A stretch of DNA of 64,000 nucleotides from Octopus vulgaris (taxonomy: Eukaryota), in contig OX597824.1 in the NCBI GenBank assembly GCA_951406725.2, forward strand, positions 45,446,001 to 45,510,000. Reading direction: 5' to 3'. Made by a program: the position numbers and the translations under genes. Below are positions 50,480 to 64,000 of the stretch, piece by piece. How positions within the stretch are numbered: the first letter of the stretch is position 1; each line of letters starts with the position of its first letter. A model generated the notes under the pieces. It did no database searches. It was not told where the DNA came from and saw nothing but the letters and a program-made list of their open reading frames with translations.

Positions 50480-53400
50480 ACACATTTTTGAAAAATATCT
50501 GTTAAATTGTATGTGCATGCATATAATAATTCTAAAAGCCACTGAATTTGGCTAGGGATGTACCATAAAACTTATTACAAGCAGGCACACTAGCTTCACC
50601 AATGCTATTTGTAATGATTTTCTTCAATGAGGAACAAGGTTAACTTTTCTAAGGAACAATAGTTGAACGAATTTACTTAAATATATAACTGGTATCTGAT
50701 TTTTTTTGACTTCATAAAAAGGTAAAGTTGGCAATGACAAGAACTGAACTTTTAGCTTAAAATGATTAAGCTAAATAAATGCAGTCGAGCATATAGTCTG
50801 GCATTTCACCATTTTTGGCAACTCCCACTGCCTCTCCTACCCCAATAACAATAAACTTTTAAGCACAAACCAAAACGATTAATCAATAGTATTTATTACT
50901 TCCTCAAGAAAGGCCAGTCTATGAAACATGAAATCAATCGTTTCTAAGAAATCCCAATAGAATGTATTGCAAGTCAAATCAAAGAATTTTCACATGCAGA
51001 TATCATTGAATAGGTGAACAGAGGGGAGTACAGTGCTACTGAAAGACTATGTTGTAAAAAGAGGCTTGAAACCATGATGTAATGGGAACAGCGAATAACT
51101 AATGGTGATCGAAGAAGGACCAATCACAAATGATTTTCTGAAGGAAGATTGGAAACGGAAATCAGACAGTATTGATTTTCTTTTCTAGACATTGGGATCT
51201 GAGCTAGCAACGGATCTACTGAACTTAGAGAAAACAATTTACATTGCAGCCAGAAACAGAAAATGTTAGTTGATATGGTAACTTAACAGCGAATGGTCTA
51301 TGAAAGACTGGAGCCATAATAACAATTAGCTCAGCTTTTCTTTCAATAGATAAACAGCAATCCTGACAAGAAATCTATACAAAACAACAACTTATAATTT
51401 GTAGATACATTATTTGTTGTCTTTATATTATCATTTAAAATTTTTTTGTCGGTTGGCTGGTTTTTTTTCACAAACGTTAATCTCTGAATTGTACTAGCAA
51501 AATTAGATGTCAGAAATTGTTTTACAAAGTGTAAAAATAATATAAAATTTGAGATTATTTATTTATATTGTTCTTTTAAATTAACATAATTACTTCATAA
51601 CCAAAATCATTCTTTATAAATGCAGATGAGAAACTGAAAACTCAAAAGGAAAAAAACTTAAATTTGAAAGTGATGAGAGAATCTGAAGAAAATACTGCTA
51701 CTAATAGAACATTCAACAAATACACTCAACTTAGAAAACTGTATTCTCCACTATTTAGTTAAATGGTTAGAGCTTGTAAGGGTTAAATTTTAGTTAGACA
51801 TAGCAAAGTGCTAGTGACAAAATACAAATCATTGTTGAAAGCATAGCATGACATAACTGCAGCTCTTGAATGGTGTACAGGTATATGGAAGGAACAAATT
51901 TTGATGTAAAATGTTTAATACTATCAATACATGGAGATGTTAAATTTTTCAGATTATTAAAGAAGGGGAGATTTAGTTCATATGTTGTTTAGATGTTTAC
52001 CTAATTCCATTTTTCAAATATAAATTAGATTACTGATCTTGCAGTTAGAGTTATGTTCTTCAATTTGAAAATAAGTGAGCATCCAATAAACATTTTAAAA
52101 AATTGAGAATAAATGAGATCATGTTGGAAAAAAAGAAATGTAATTACCTCAATCAATTTTAAGTGCATGAAATTTTGATCAATTTTTATTTATACAATAG
52201 CATTTCTCTAAACGATAAAATAGCGTGGAAATAATGCGATAAAATTATATCCTATTACAATAATGAAAAGATAGATAAAGTAAGCCTAATACTAGTTAAG
52301 ATTTTCAACAATCAGATAATGTACAACTAAAACATATGATACATGCATACACACATACATTTATACGAGGAATGCATTGGAGAAAAAGGTAACCAATAAG
52401 TAAATGGGTTCTGAAAAATGATTACAGCATTTAGTGAAGTCATGCCTTTAAAAATATTTTACCTATGGAAGAAAACATGATAGTTGCAGTTTATCTAAAG
52501 TAGTATAACATAACAGGCACTCTGCAACAATCCCAACTGGGAGTTGAGAAGCAACTTGAGCCAACATTTATATACTTAGAAAGCAAATATTTCTAAAATC
52601 TTGCTACACAACTTTTTTTCAGCTCTAACATTTGACAGTTATAAGCATATTAGTCTTCCACATTACTTATTCCTTAGTTCAGGTAAGGTTTTTTGCTACT
52701 ATAATCCTGCTTAGAATAACCTGACTTCTTTCATAGCTGTAATGTTGAGAAGTCCTTCCTTAATCTGTATCAAAACAAAACTTTAATGTAATATCCTCAG
52801 CAGAAAACTGGTGCCACAATGGAATCAACTCAAAGATTATACATTTCATTTTGTTCTCTTTTTTAAGGGTATGTAAAAAGGGCATCCAGCCACAGAAAGT
52901 CTGCTTTAAAGAACTCCATTTGACCCATGCAAGCAATGGAAAAGTGGATGCTAAATGATGAGGGCTTCACTCTGTAGTAAAGGCATTAAGTATTTAATGA
53001 AAATTAAGTTCTGGCTAGTACCTCCTACTGAGAGAAGATAGTGATATTATTAATTGTAATATATCATTACTTGGAAGCACAAAGTTTCTTTCAGGAAAAT
53101 GAAAAAAAAAAGAATAAAATTAGCTACAAACAAACATACAGGAACTATGTAAAGTTAGGAAATAGACATTGATTGTAATGTGGTTTTACTCAGACAAACA
53201 ACTAATGATTAAATTTAAAGTGGTGAGTAATGTAGAAAACAGAAAAGCTCCAAGCAGAACAATTTCATCCCATTCACATTATTAATATCCTTGGGAAGGG
53301 CATAAAGATCACATCTCTATTCCCACTTCTCTAAAGTCAATATTGCAGCATGAACACAATAAATAAAAAAAGTAAAACTAAAACAGTCATAAAACAGTAG

Positions 53401-54449
53401 TGCAATAATAGTTTCTTTTAAAAAGACCCAAACCTTTCTTATAAGATATAGTTAATTCGACCAACATTGGTACTATTATTGCCACTCAAGAAAATGCATC
53501 CTATGTGTTATTTCAACTCAGAGAATAATCTAAATAATCCAAAGCATTTGAAGTTGACAGAATAAAATGCAGATCTGAATTATCTGTACAAAAACAACAG
53601 ATATATGGATAAACAATTTATAAATATATAACTTCACTATAAACAAGAGTTGCTTAGATTTTTATAAAAAACACCCAGAATAAATGTTTTAGGATAATCT
53701 GCTTAAATATATGGACAGGACACACAAAAAAAATCCTTCAACAGATTACCAGAAATCATCTAAATGAAAATAAAACTCAGTGTACATATAATTAAATCTA
53801 AATCAAGAACAAGAATTTTACACAATATACACAAACAATGAAGATACAGAGAAGAGATATAGTGTTAGTAGGGAACATGATTTTTCAATGATAGAATATT
53901 TATCAAAGATAAGGAATAAGTTTTAGAAAGCAGGTTTGATTTTCCTGAAGCTGTTTAAAAGTAAGCAAAAATTAGAAAAGAGGAGATATTGCAGTTTTTC
54001 TAGATAAATAAGTAACTAGTTTCAAGAAATTACTGAGTTTTTCTTACAGAATCATCCCCACATTTACCAGTATGCTCACAATCAACAGTTTAAGTTTTAG
54101 CCACTTCATACATTACAGCAGATTTAATTAAAATTTAGTAAGCATCTGCTTCTACTTGCAGTTAAGATACATAGCCCAAACTTACCATTCTTCAACACCT
54201 ACCAGTAGATGAGGAGGAAGAGAGGAGGCACCCAGCTTCCCCCAAAAGAATATAAAGAGAGTTTAAATTGATAGAACAAATGACTAGGTAAAGTAGAGTG
54301 TAGCAGGATCAAACTTAAAGAGTTACAGGCTAATGTTAAGATTTGTGTATGAAAGTGCTCCTGTTTCTTTGTCTGGGTTTCATGTGATAGTTACCAAGGA
54401 GTGTCTTGTCAAACAAATACTGTCATTTCTATAGTCATACCAAATTACT

Positions 54450-55595
54450 TGACAGACTAAAGTTAATTGAAACATGCTTCAGTTTGCCAATTCTGTGAGA
54501 CATGGAGGAAGATACAATGCAAGTAACTTTCAACCTTAAATCTACTTCATTTTCATTTGCAACAGAGTTGAAAATCCTGATTTGTAAAGATAGCTTGACA
54601 CAAATGGAAGCAATGAATAGATAGCTGTTTCTGCTACTTTTAAGTAAGAATTGCACATTAACGGCCAAAATTTTGTGACTGAATTCTGATCAAATACATC
54701 TCTTGCTTGCAAATCAGTCTTTAACTCCAGGAATTCATCTTGACAGTCATCAGGAACTTTTACTATTGATAATTTGAATAGATTTTGCACTTTCAGTGCT
54801 GTCAAGTATTGCATAATTTAATTTTTTTGCAAATTATGAAAGCTCTTGGTCAGCAGCAAGAATTGATAACAGTTTCTCAAACACTGCAATATTTTTAATA
54901 TTGACCTTTCTCATCCAATTTTCCAGGTTGCACATGGCAGCTTTCTTACAAATAATTTTCTGAGGTTTGGTTTTCGTTTCAAGAGAACAACAAAGATATT
55001 CCTCTTTAAATGTACCAGGGTGAACATATCTTGCAAGCACCAGTAACTGCAAACATAATACCACATCAGTTGATTCATCAATTTGAATTGAAAATAAGCC
55101 AAATGTTACTGAATTGATCTGCACAACTTGACCTTTGATGTCAATGGCTATTTGCTGATCCTTCTTTTAAAAGTACTGTTCGATAGTGAAATAACTCCAA
55201 GTTTCTTTTTTCTCCAATCCATTTCCCAATACAATTTCTACCATTTTAATTTTGATCAAACTTTCCTCAATTATAGCAGGGATTTTTTTTTTCTGTTTTG
55301 CTACAACAGACAAAGCTCCAGTGATCTTTTGGTTCATTTCTTGTAATACTCCCGTTGAATCCAGCTTCATCTTCTTGAGAGCATTCCCTGATGCTTTTAA
55401 AGAAATAAAACTTTCATCCTTGCTCGTGTTGAGGAGGAACATTCAGTAGTTGTTGCTTTAACGCTATTGATTTCAGAGAATCATTTACCAAATGTAGGTA
55501 ACAAATAGCACATTGCATCCTTTCTTGTCTATAGATGAAAGCAAATTCATAGTAAACATATGAATCATTGTACCCTATTTTTCTTTAATACTCAT
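54450..55595 (-). mobile_element. hAT (Buster/Charlie-like) transposase relic, internally deleted
   Basis: FSIQIDESTDV..CLQLLVLARYV (first catalytic Asp motif) and FW....YLKVAETA...LLPFVSSYLYKSGFS (hAT dimerisation domain, cf. TYLCE.GFS). Confidence 0.9.
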
Positions 55596-56629
55596 GATGA
55601 GTTCCATATTCCGTGAATAACAAGACATGAAAAGTCAAAGATAAATATAATTAGAATGTTTTCACTGATAAAAAGTGAAATTATTTAATATGCAACATGG
55701 CTGGCATCAAAAATAGACATGGCCAGTGATATATACCCAAAAGATACATTTTAAAAGCATGGAGATAATGGTCCATGCTTAGCCCACAAATACTAAGGAA
55801 GCATAGCCATCATTCTGAGTACTATAACAAAAAATACACTCACTAAAACTTGAAAGCAACAGGAACTAACACCATAAATTCCTACTACCAAAGACTATTA
55901 AAGAATGTTCAGAGAGTTGGTCAGGGGTTTCAAAAACCCCCAAGGGATTTTGACCAGAGCTGAACAATAAAATAACATGGACAAAATTTTATATACATAT
56001 ACACACACATGCATATATATAGAGAGACATGCAAAAAGTAAAAGAGATATAAATAGACAGTAGATAATTGTATTTTTTTCAGCAATTTATGTTTACTTTA
56101 CTGTCATTGTTCTTGTTCAGTGTGTCCTATGGGAACTTGACTTCCTCTTCTCTCTGTACACTTATTTATTTTCTTGAATATATTGCAACCTTGTCTGTAA
56201 ATCAGCTACTTTGGACTGTATAGTTAAGGAATTTGTCATACACATTCAGATAGGCTGTTAACCCTTTTAAGAGACACAATGTTTTGGTATGTGTAGCCAA
56301 AAAGATCAAAACTTTTTTTCCTACAGAGATACATCTACTGAAAGATGATCTTTGATTAGCTGTTACACTTCAAAACCCACCATTCACAACTTTTGTTCCA
56401 TCAGGCCTATGGATTGGCTACAAAGTCCTTTCAGCTTGTATTACTTGGGCTGATCAATAGGCTGGGGTTTCCCAATAGGGTTAATCTATGATTTCAATAC
56501 CTCTGCTGGAACTTTGAAATCCCATCCTACTGGTTAACTATATCCTAAATCTGGAGGGTGAGATAATCCTGTATTGGTTTTGATGAAGAACATTCAACTA
56601 TTTGATCATCTTCATCAACTATTCATTAA

Positions 56630-56890
56630 ATTAACATGTAAGTGGCTGAGTATTCACATGTACTCATAACATAATTCTTAGGTTGAATTAGGATGATACA
56701 ATATGTGACAAGGCTGAGCATTTAAATATTAGGCACAATCTATCTGGCAGAGGGTTTTCACCTAGAATTCCTTGTACTAGCTCTACCCAAGGTCATGGTA
56801 AAAGATACCAGCAAATGGTACAATCCAGTGGGATTGAATTTGGGATTTAATAATTTCAAAGCAAACTTCTTAATTACTTGGTCATACTTA
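56630..56890. mobile_element. Composite decayed SINE fragments
   Basis: Same two motifs in the same order as 120-392. Confidence 0.6.
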
Positions 56891-58239
56891 GATTTATGAA
56901 GATAAGGAAAAATTGACTAGTTCAAAATCATATCCTGTATTTAGAAGCCACAGAAATAAACTTGTATGATAAAAGAGAAAAAGCTAAAAAAGAAGCTAAA
57001 ATGGAGGTGAATTCCATTTCATGATTCAAAGAATTGGGGAAATCAAGAGTGCTAAAAAAACAGAAAATACTTTATACAAATGTGCACATATATGTAATGT
57101 TGATGGCTTAGCTGGCTGAAACTTCAAAGTTATAGTCAGTATTATTCTTGTTAAAGAAATATATATGTATCTCCAAACTATATTAAAATGGAAGAGATGC
57201 ATGAAAAAAGATAAGAAAAAGGAAATAAAAAATGCACATACTATTGCAAACCTACTTCTGATGTGCTTCATTTTAAATTGTTATAAAAATGTAATCTTGT
57301 TTAATTCCACTGCGAGATGGTTACAAGAAAGGATTTAAAAATTATTTTTATTTCTAATCATTCAAAATCATGACTATATTTCAGTTTTATCTTAAGAATT
57401 ATGAACTTTTGAAAAGTCTTTCAATCAAAAATGTGGATGATTATTCAAAACAATTTCCTCATTGATTTCTCATTCACACACACACACACACAGTATACAT
57501 GATTTCATCTGACTAGGTACAAGTATAACTTTAAAAATGAAGGATAATAGTCAATATAATCAATGGCTGTAAATTATTGGCATAGATTTAACAATACAAA
57601 AAAAAAAAAGAATGAAAAGCTTAGTTGAATGACAAAAATTGAAATCTGAACAGCTAATTATTGAAAAATCGAGTAACAATAAACTGGTACGTTATGGCAA
57701 ACCTGAGGCACGCAAATCACTAACCAGAGAGATTTTTGCATTTTTTTCCTACACAGCTGAAACAGTTTTAAATTACTCTCTAACAAACACTACCATCACG
57801 GGGTCACTAATTTTATGTCTTTAATTTTGGAACAGTATACAAATATCTTTCAAGTCCAATGGCACTTTTAAAGGCCATTGTCACTATTAAAGATGGGATA
57901 AATTTCATTACTAGATACAATACTGGTCTATCTTATCTAGCAATCTAAAATGATCTGATATTTACTTCCAGTAGCTATGTAAAATGAGATGTTTAAAATG
58001 GTTTTAAATTACATCACTATATAACATAGAATTGCCTTATAATTGCCATATATAAAATAGAATTGCCATTCTCACCCCAGTTCAAAGTGAAGGCCACCCC
58101 AAGCTAGTACCAACTGTAACTCTCCTGAATCTCTCTCATTCATGTAACACCCATAATGTAACTTCAACATTGTCTTTCAATCTTCTCAAAATATCTGACT
58201 GTCTCTCTCAGCTTTCATTCTATACACAGCAATATCTAT

Positions 58240-59155
58240 TTCTTGTCATTTGTATGGGCCCATGCTCAACTTGTCTCCACTACCTCCTCTTAATATGGTT
58301 AATGATGTATTTTTAATTTAATCTGTAATCCACTGATAAATTTTTCTGTGTTTTGTAATTTCTAACAAGCAGTTTTCCATACTGCATTATGTTGTTTTAT
58401 GCTTCTATTCCATATTTTACCTAAATGCCTATGTCACTGCTTCAGAAGTTGCTGCTGTCATACATGAGACCTCTTACTTTTTATAACATTAATTTACCAA
58501 AAAGATAATAGAATTTGAATTCAAGTTTTTACTATCTTCAAAAGGGTTGTATTTCACTTTTACCAGCTGTCCAAAAGAATTTAGTTAGCTTGGTATCATA
58601 ATTAACTTCGATGACTTCACACTTTGCATGGCTGTTGAACAAGTTTTGTATTTTCTTCACTTTTATTTTTAGTCCTGCTATATTACTTTCTCTTCACAGT
58701 GAGGAATACGATCCCAAGGATTAGGTCTGGTTCCTGAGCCATTCATTTATGGCATGAACTTACACTTGTATGGCTTAAGCTTTGAGATAAGCATATGACT
58801 ACTAGCAGGACCGGAGTATCTCATGAGTGCTACGGGTAACATGGAATTCAGTACAACCTGTTGCATATTCAGGTCATTGGTGATTAAACCGGCACCCCTA
58901 CTAGGCTTGCTTGTCTGGTGAGGAGGTTGCTAGAAACCCAGCAGGACTAAAAATAAAACCTGTCAAAAGGACAGATGAACCTCGTGTAGGCTCAATGACT
59001 ATCTACCATTAGCACAAGCCCTCAGAAATTTCAGGTTGGTGTCTGGTGTGCTGGAAGGCCATTGGGAGTGAGATACCCCTTACATTTTGTAAAAGCATGT
59101 GTTTAGTACCTGCTTCAAATCCAGGCCATGCCTGCTCCGATAACTGACAGTGACT
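58240..59155 (-). mobile_element. Probable RTE-like LINE 5' region (UTR + decayed endonuclease start)
   Basis: GC-richer UTR-like block 58700-59155 followed on the minus strand by decayed coding-like sequence. Identification is by recall of RTE 5' ends and is weak. Confidence 0.4.
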
Positions 59156-59159
59156 TGAT

Positions 59160-59450
59160 CAGTGAATCCTCTGTAATGGGTGACAATCAACAGCAAGATG
59201 AGGTGCTACAGATAACACTATCCCAAAGTGTGAATGCATGTGACCAGGGATCACATGTGAACTAGTATTCTCATGGAAACTCCAAACATGAGCTCCACAC
59301 CTCAAGAGTGAATGACAACTACAGCTATGGCATCCATACTCCTTGACTGCAGCCGACTGTCTGATGTGGTCAGCATTTGTGAGTGATGTGGAGAACTCAT
59401 TGGTTGGAGCTGGTTCAACCCACCTCAGGTGAATGCAAGTACACGTACAT
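59160..59450 (+). mobile_element. RTE LINE 3' terminal fragment
   Basis: WSAFVSDVENSLVGAGSTHLR* then tgaatgcaagtacacgtaca, resembling RTE ends with a (caagta)n tail. Confidence 0.55.
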
Positions 59451-60820
59451 ATTACTTTCACTGTTCAGTTCATTTAACATTTGATCCAGTTTACGTGCAT
59501 AATTTTGAGAAGAGGACCATGTTGTCAGTATAGCATAAATAACTTAAAAATGCACCATTTACATTTATTTACTTTTCATATTAGTTAAACTTTTTAAAGA
59601 TGCTTTCCAGAGCAGCATTAAAGTGTTTGGGTGATATTATATCCCTTCGTCTTATTCTCCTGTCAATATAGATCTTTTCAATTTTGGCGTGAAGTCATAG
59701 ATGATGTGCCCTGCTTATAGATTTTCTTACTATTCTGTATATAAGTTTGATGTATTCCCTGATCAATAAAAGTTTAAAGCACAGCAACGATTCCAAAACT
59801 TATGGTTCAATAATTAGTGAAATAAGAGGATACGATTTTGTTTTTGTCACTAGAAAGATAGTAAAAATAACTGAAGCCTATGCATATGTGCATGCACTTA
59901 TGCAGCTATATGCATGTATTAAATCTTAGAGTATGTAATCATGATTGCACAAATATACAAGTGTATGCAAACAATTATGTTAATGTAATGTATAACCTTG
60001 TGAATGTAAAAAAAAAATCTTGATATTAAAAGCAGACATGGGATATTTTATTCCACTTAATTAAGGTATCTGAGTATTAAGGAAAAAAAATCATAGATGT
60101 GAAAATTTGAAGAAATGCAAGAAAAGAGCTCAACAGTATGTACAGAGCAGAAGACATACATGGAGACTTGACAAACACTAGATACACAGTATAACTAACT
60201 GATTTAAGAGAGGATGAAATGAAACCAGAAAACTGATGGGAGAGGCAGCATTCTAAAGCAGGAGGGAAGAAGCCAAAAGTGGTCATGAGAAACATTTAAG
60301 CTATGAACACCTTTATAATCATACATATCAAAATGGTGCTTCATGGATACATAGCAAGATACATTTCAGTCTTCTGTGAAGACAAAGGTTAAAAGATATT
60401 TTTGGTAAAAGGTCATTGTAAGTATTCAAACACTGATATTATGCTTTGATGTGAGATTACAGCAACTAATAGTACTTACTTCAATTCTACCAAACAGAGA
60501 ATAGGCATTAATCCTAATCAGCATTACATCATCTCATTCTGTGGCATATTCAGCCATCGAATGGGATGTTAAAGCATACACAACATGTGCATATGCACAC
60601 ACACACACACCAAGCCATGTATATAAAGTATACATTTATATAAAGTATACATACACACACATATATCCAGTAGTAATAACAAAAACATATAGTTTTACTC
60701 ATTTATTCAAAGTCATACAACCTACTGTTGATATGGAGTTGTTTTGTTTCTATTTTGCAGAAAACTCAGGGTAGTAATGGGTGCAAGCCTCAAAACTGAA
60801 TAAATATAAGCATAAATATA

Positions 60821-61695
60821 CAGGATGTGGTGAATAAACTGTTGTCTAAATTACACAAAAATGAAAATAATAGTGACATCTCATTTTAATGGATATATTT
60901 ACCGAAATTACATAAAAATATCTTGAAATACACAAGAGTAAATTTATTCAAAAAAATCACCATTGGCTTCAACCATGGCCTCCAGATGGCTTTGGAATCT
61001 CCTGCAACTCTTCTGGATGGTCTCCTTGTTTAAGTTGATGAATGCTGCCATAATCCTTGCCTTCAGTTCATCTTTGGTGCGTGTTACAAGGAGTTTTTTT
61101 GTTGGTCTCTTGTCCAACTGTGCCCCACACATAATAATCATGGGGGTTGCAGTCTGAGGAGTTAGATGGCCACATGTTAGGGGTGATGTAGTCGCAGAAA
61201 TTGTCTGACAGCCACGACTGGGTTTTCCTGCTTGTGTGCCAAGGTGCAGAGTTCTGTTGCCAGACATAGGGTCTCCCAGAAGCCATCCTCTTGAACCAGG
61301 GCAGCACTACCTCCTCCAGGCATTTGTTTTAGGCCTCTGTGTTGAGAATGAGGCCGTGTGGGAAGATGAATAGAGGCATAACGTCGCTGTCTCTAGTGAT
61401 CACTCCAAACATCATGGTGCTGACTGCATGTTTGATTTTTATCACTCTTGGTACATGTCCTCAGACTGACACCCAAACACTCTGAAATGTTCATATTGGA
61501 GCTTCTGGTGTGGATGCCAAGTAATACAGCATATTGTTTCCAAATTTTTGTGCAGAGTGAACTGCATCATGGTGCTCTTTTTCTCACAGACAGTGCCCAA
61601 CTGATCCTACTATACTGTGTAGTCAACAAAATCAAAAACAAACAATGCGCGAAATTAAAAATATAAAATGGTGACAATTTACCCATTTCACCCTG
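60821..61695 (-). mobile_element. DD37D (maT) element, internally deleted
   Basis: TA flanks, CAGG(A/G)TG.. imperfect TIRs. GRPYVWQQNSAPWH...WPSNSSDCNPHDYYVWG has 37 residues between the second and third catalytic positions; ends EANGDFFE*. Confidence 0.92.
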
Positions 61696-61736
61696 TATAT
61701 AGAATATATAAGTTTATTTGTAGGTATATGAGCCTA

Positions 61737-61768
<32 letters not shown>

Positions 61769-61794
61769 CACACACACACATACACATATATATT

Positions 61795-63045
61795 CAAAGA
61801 TGTTTCTGTGCAAGTAAAGAGAATATGGTCACCAGAACTCTCAGCTTACAAGAAGCACATTGCTCACAAAATCTTTGCAGTGCCTGTCCTCACACCTATG
61901 TTTAGCCTTCTGAATTGGTCACTACAAGAATTCAATCCAATGAGACAGATGCTCAAACTTGCAAGCTGCTTAGTATTACAGGAAACTTCAACATCAATGG
62001 AAATGTAGACAGGCTATACTTTTCACAAAGGATGGCAGCTGTGGTCTCAAATCTATATTGATGTTATATGAAACATGTATTGTGACATTGAAACATCTGA
62101 GGAAAGAGACCAAGTTTGAGACCATGAAGCCAACAATATAATTAGGATAGCTAATAAACTTGAGGAGAGGTATGAAAAACTTGAGGGGAGGTGTGAAAAA
62201 AGAGCTGATACAGATCTCTCCTCAAGGAACATTGGTAAAATCCATTTATTAGAACTGAATAAAACAAATGGACCAGTTCACTGAAAAGACAGTACATGGA
62301 TACTTGGCATGTAAAACACAAACCATAGAACGAACTGACCATGTCTAAAACTTGGCAATGAACACAGAAAAGTTTACGACATTCCACTTTGAAGGCTACA
62401 TCCATGTAATCCAAAAACAAGAGATCCCCACTAAGTACCTACATCATAAAAGGCAGAAAACATTGACAGACAACAAATGCAGGTTGTGCAAGACCAAGAC
62501 TGAAGACATGAACCACATTATTACCAACGGTGAGAGAATGTCTTCAAGATATTTTCTTCCTATGAGGAATGATGTAATGGCCAGAATAGTCTGGAACAGG
62601 ATAACAATAAAGAAAACACCTACAACTGAAGTTGACCATGTAGAGCCCAATGGGTCAAAAGAATATTGGTGGAACTTAAAAATTAAAACAACCACCAAGT
62701 TAAAACACAACTAGCAAGGTATCATTGCGTAGGGCCACAAAGAAAAGATATGTTCTGTTGTGGAAATCAGCTGCCCTCTGGACACCAATGTGGTTAGAAA
62801 AACACAAAAGAAAGAGAATATTTATGGACCATTGATAAGTAGTTTGCAAATCCAATACCCAAGATACACTTCCAGCTTCATTTCTATTAGTATTGGAACA
62901 ACAGGATACATACCAGCTTATCTGGAACCAAGTATGGCTGAGCTTGGGATCTTGGGGAGAAATCCAAATGCTTAATTCACATGTTACAAATGATGACAAT
63001 ATCTAGGACTATAAAAATTTCCAAGACCTTCAGATTTAAAGGATG
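61795..63045 (+). mobile_element. R4/Dong-like RLE LINE 3' relic
   Basis: FAVPVLTP..NWS, VDRLY, KCRLCK..EDMNHII (CCHC knuckle), MRND (cf. RHD), EYWWN, EISCPLD..KKENIYGPL..IGTTG (restriction-like endonuclease). Confidence 0.85.
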
Positions 63046-63239
63046 ATGGTTAAAAGAAGATACTTTCTTTCACAACCTTGCTACCAAGTAGGTGGCCAGT
63101 CAAAATTTACTCTAAATTAAATTGAGAAAGAGAACACCCACACACAAACACATGATGCTTAAAATGGGATAGCTCTTGGAGGTATGTATCGAAGATCAGA
63201 CTTGATGTAGTGTGCTGATAAGCATGCTGGAATTTTTTA

Positions 63240-63610
63240 AAAAAGGCAAAAGCTTGTATGATGATTTTCAGAAGGTGAAACTTCTAAAGAAAAACCATTT
63301 CTAGTCAGTAAAGGCTGGTTTGAAAGGTTAAGAAGTGCTTCCATTTGTACATCAAAAATGACTGGTCTACCAGTGCTGATACAGAAGCTGCTGCTGAGCA
63401 ACTGAAAGAAAGGATTTAGTTCTAAAGGAGGCTACACACCAGGACAAGTATACAATATTGACGAAACTGCACTTTTCTGGAAGCTCTTGTCTGCAAGAAC
63501 TTCCTTGAATAGAAAAAATCAACACCAAAATTTAACATTTCCAAAAACTACTTGATGCAGCTTCTGAGAGGAAATGCTGCTGGTGATATGAACAACCTAC
63601 CAAACTATCC
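63240..63610 (+). mobile_element. Tigger/pogo transposase relic
   Basis: FLVSKGWFER, SADTEAA, GGYTPGQVYNIDETALFWK and GNAAGD motifs. Confidence 0.88.
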
Positions 63611-64000
63611 AGTGAACTTTAATTTTGAAAATAGAATGTATTCTCAAGAATATAATTTCTTTGTTCTAAGAATAGTAACTAACTTCAAGGCATATTATAT
63701 GAGAACTTTTAAATTTATGCCAAAGGGTTGGAACTTATATAGGAAAGTGTATAAGTTTTCGCTTATAACAACCCTAATTGCAAACATAACATAAAAATTA
63801 TAAGGAGTTTATAATGAACTGAGTTCCTAGATTGAGCTGTAAAAAGTGATGATGCAGCATAAACAATGAAACGATTTTGGATAAGTTCTTCACCCCTCTA
63901 AGCTAGAAGAGAGTGTCCCTCATCTTCCCAGTAATTCTTATTCTATCACCACCACCACCAACACCATCCTGCACACAGTAGTCAACATCTTTTGTGGTAA

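Noticed and set aside
51189-51267. Plus-strand exon-like stretch after ttttcttttctag
   Set aside because: Context (WEQRITN.., AARNRK) looks like a decayed RTE 3' end; antisense to the host exon; weak donor.
62156-62200. 21-bp tandem duplication (aaacttgagg.gaggt.tgaa x2)
   Set aside because: Ordinary slippage duplication inside a dead LINE.

Overview
AT-rich, CpG-depleted eukaryotic DNA. The short interspersed repeats resemble SINE families I recall from Octopus genomes; this is inference, not a database result. The window reads as long intronic sequence packed with decayed transposons: four mariner copies, two DD37D/maT copies, piggyBac, MULE, hAT, Tigger, probable Helitrons, RTE, CR1/L2-like and R4/Dong-like LINEs, MITEs and many SINEs. 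No intact transposase or RT ORF is present, and nearly all ORF-track entries are noise or TE fragments. The one convincing host coding exon is on the minus strand at 40424-40532 (GMYRTPPPVAPPPQPPQPSSIYQHINVNGPKEPETDR, phase 1 to phase 2). It resembles the post-EVH1 exon of Ena/VASP genes. The best lead is a candidate 12-nt frame-preserving microexon 235 nt upstream of it (40768-40779), positionally like the alternatively spliced mini-exons of vertebrate Mena. There are no prokaryotic systems, CRISPR arrays or rRNA/tRNA genes. Boundaries of decayed elements are approximate.
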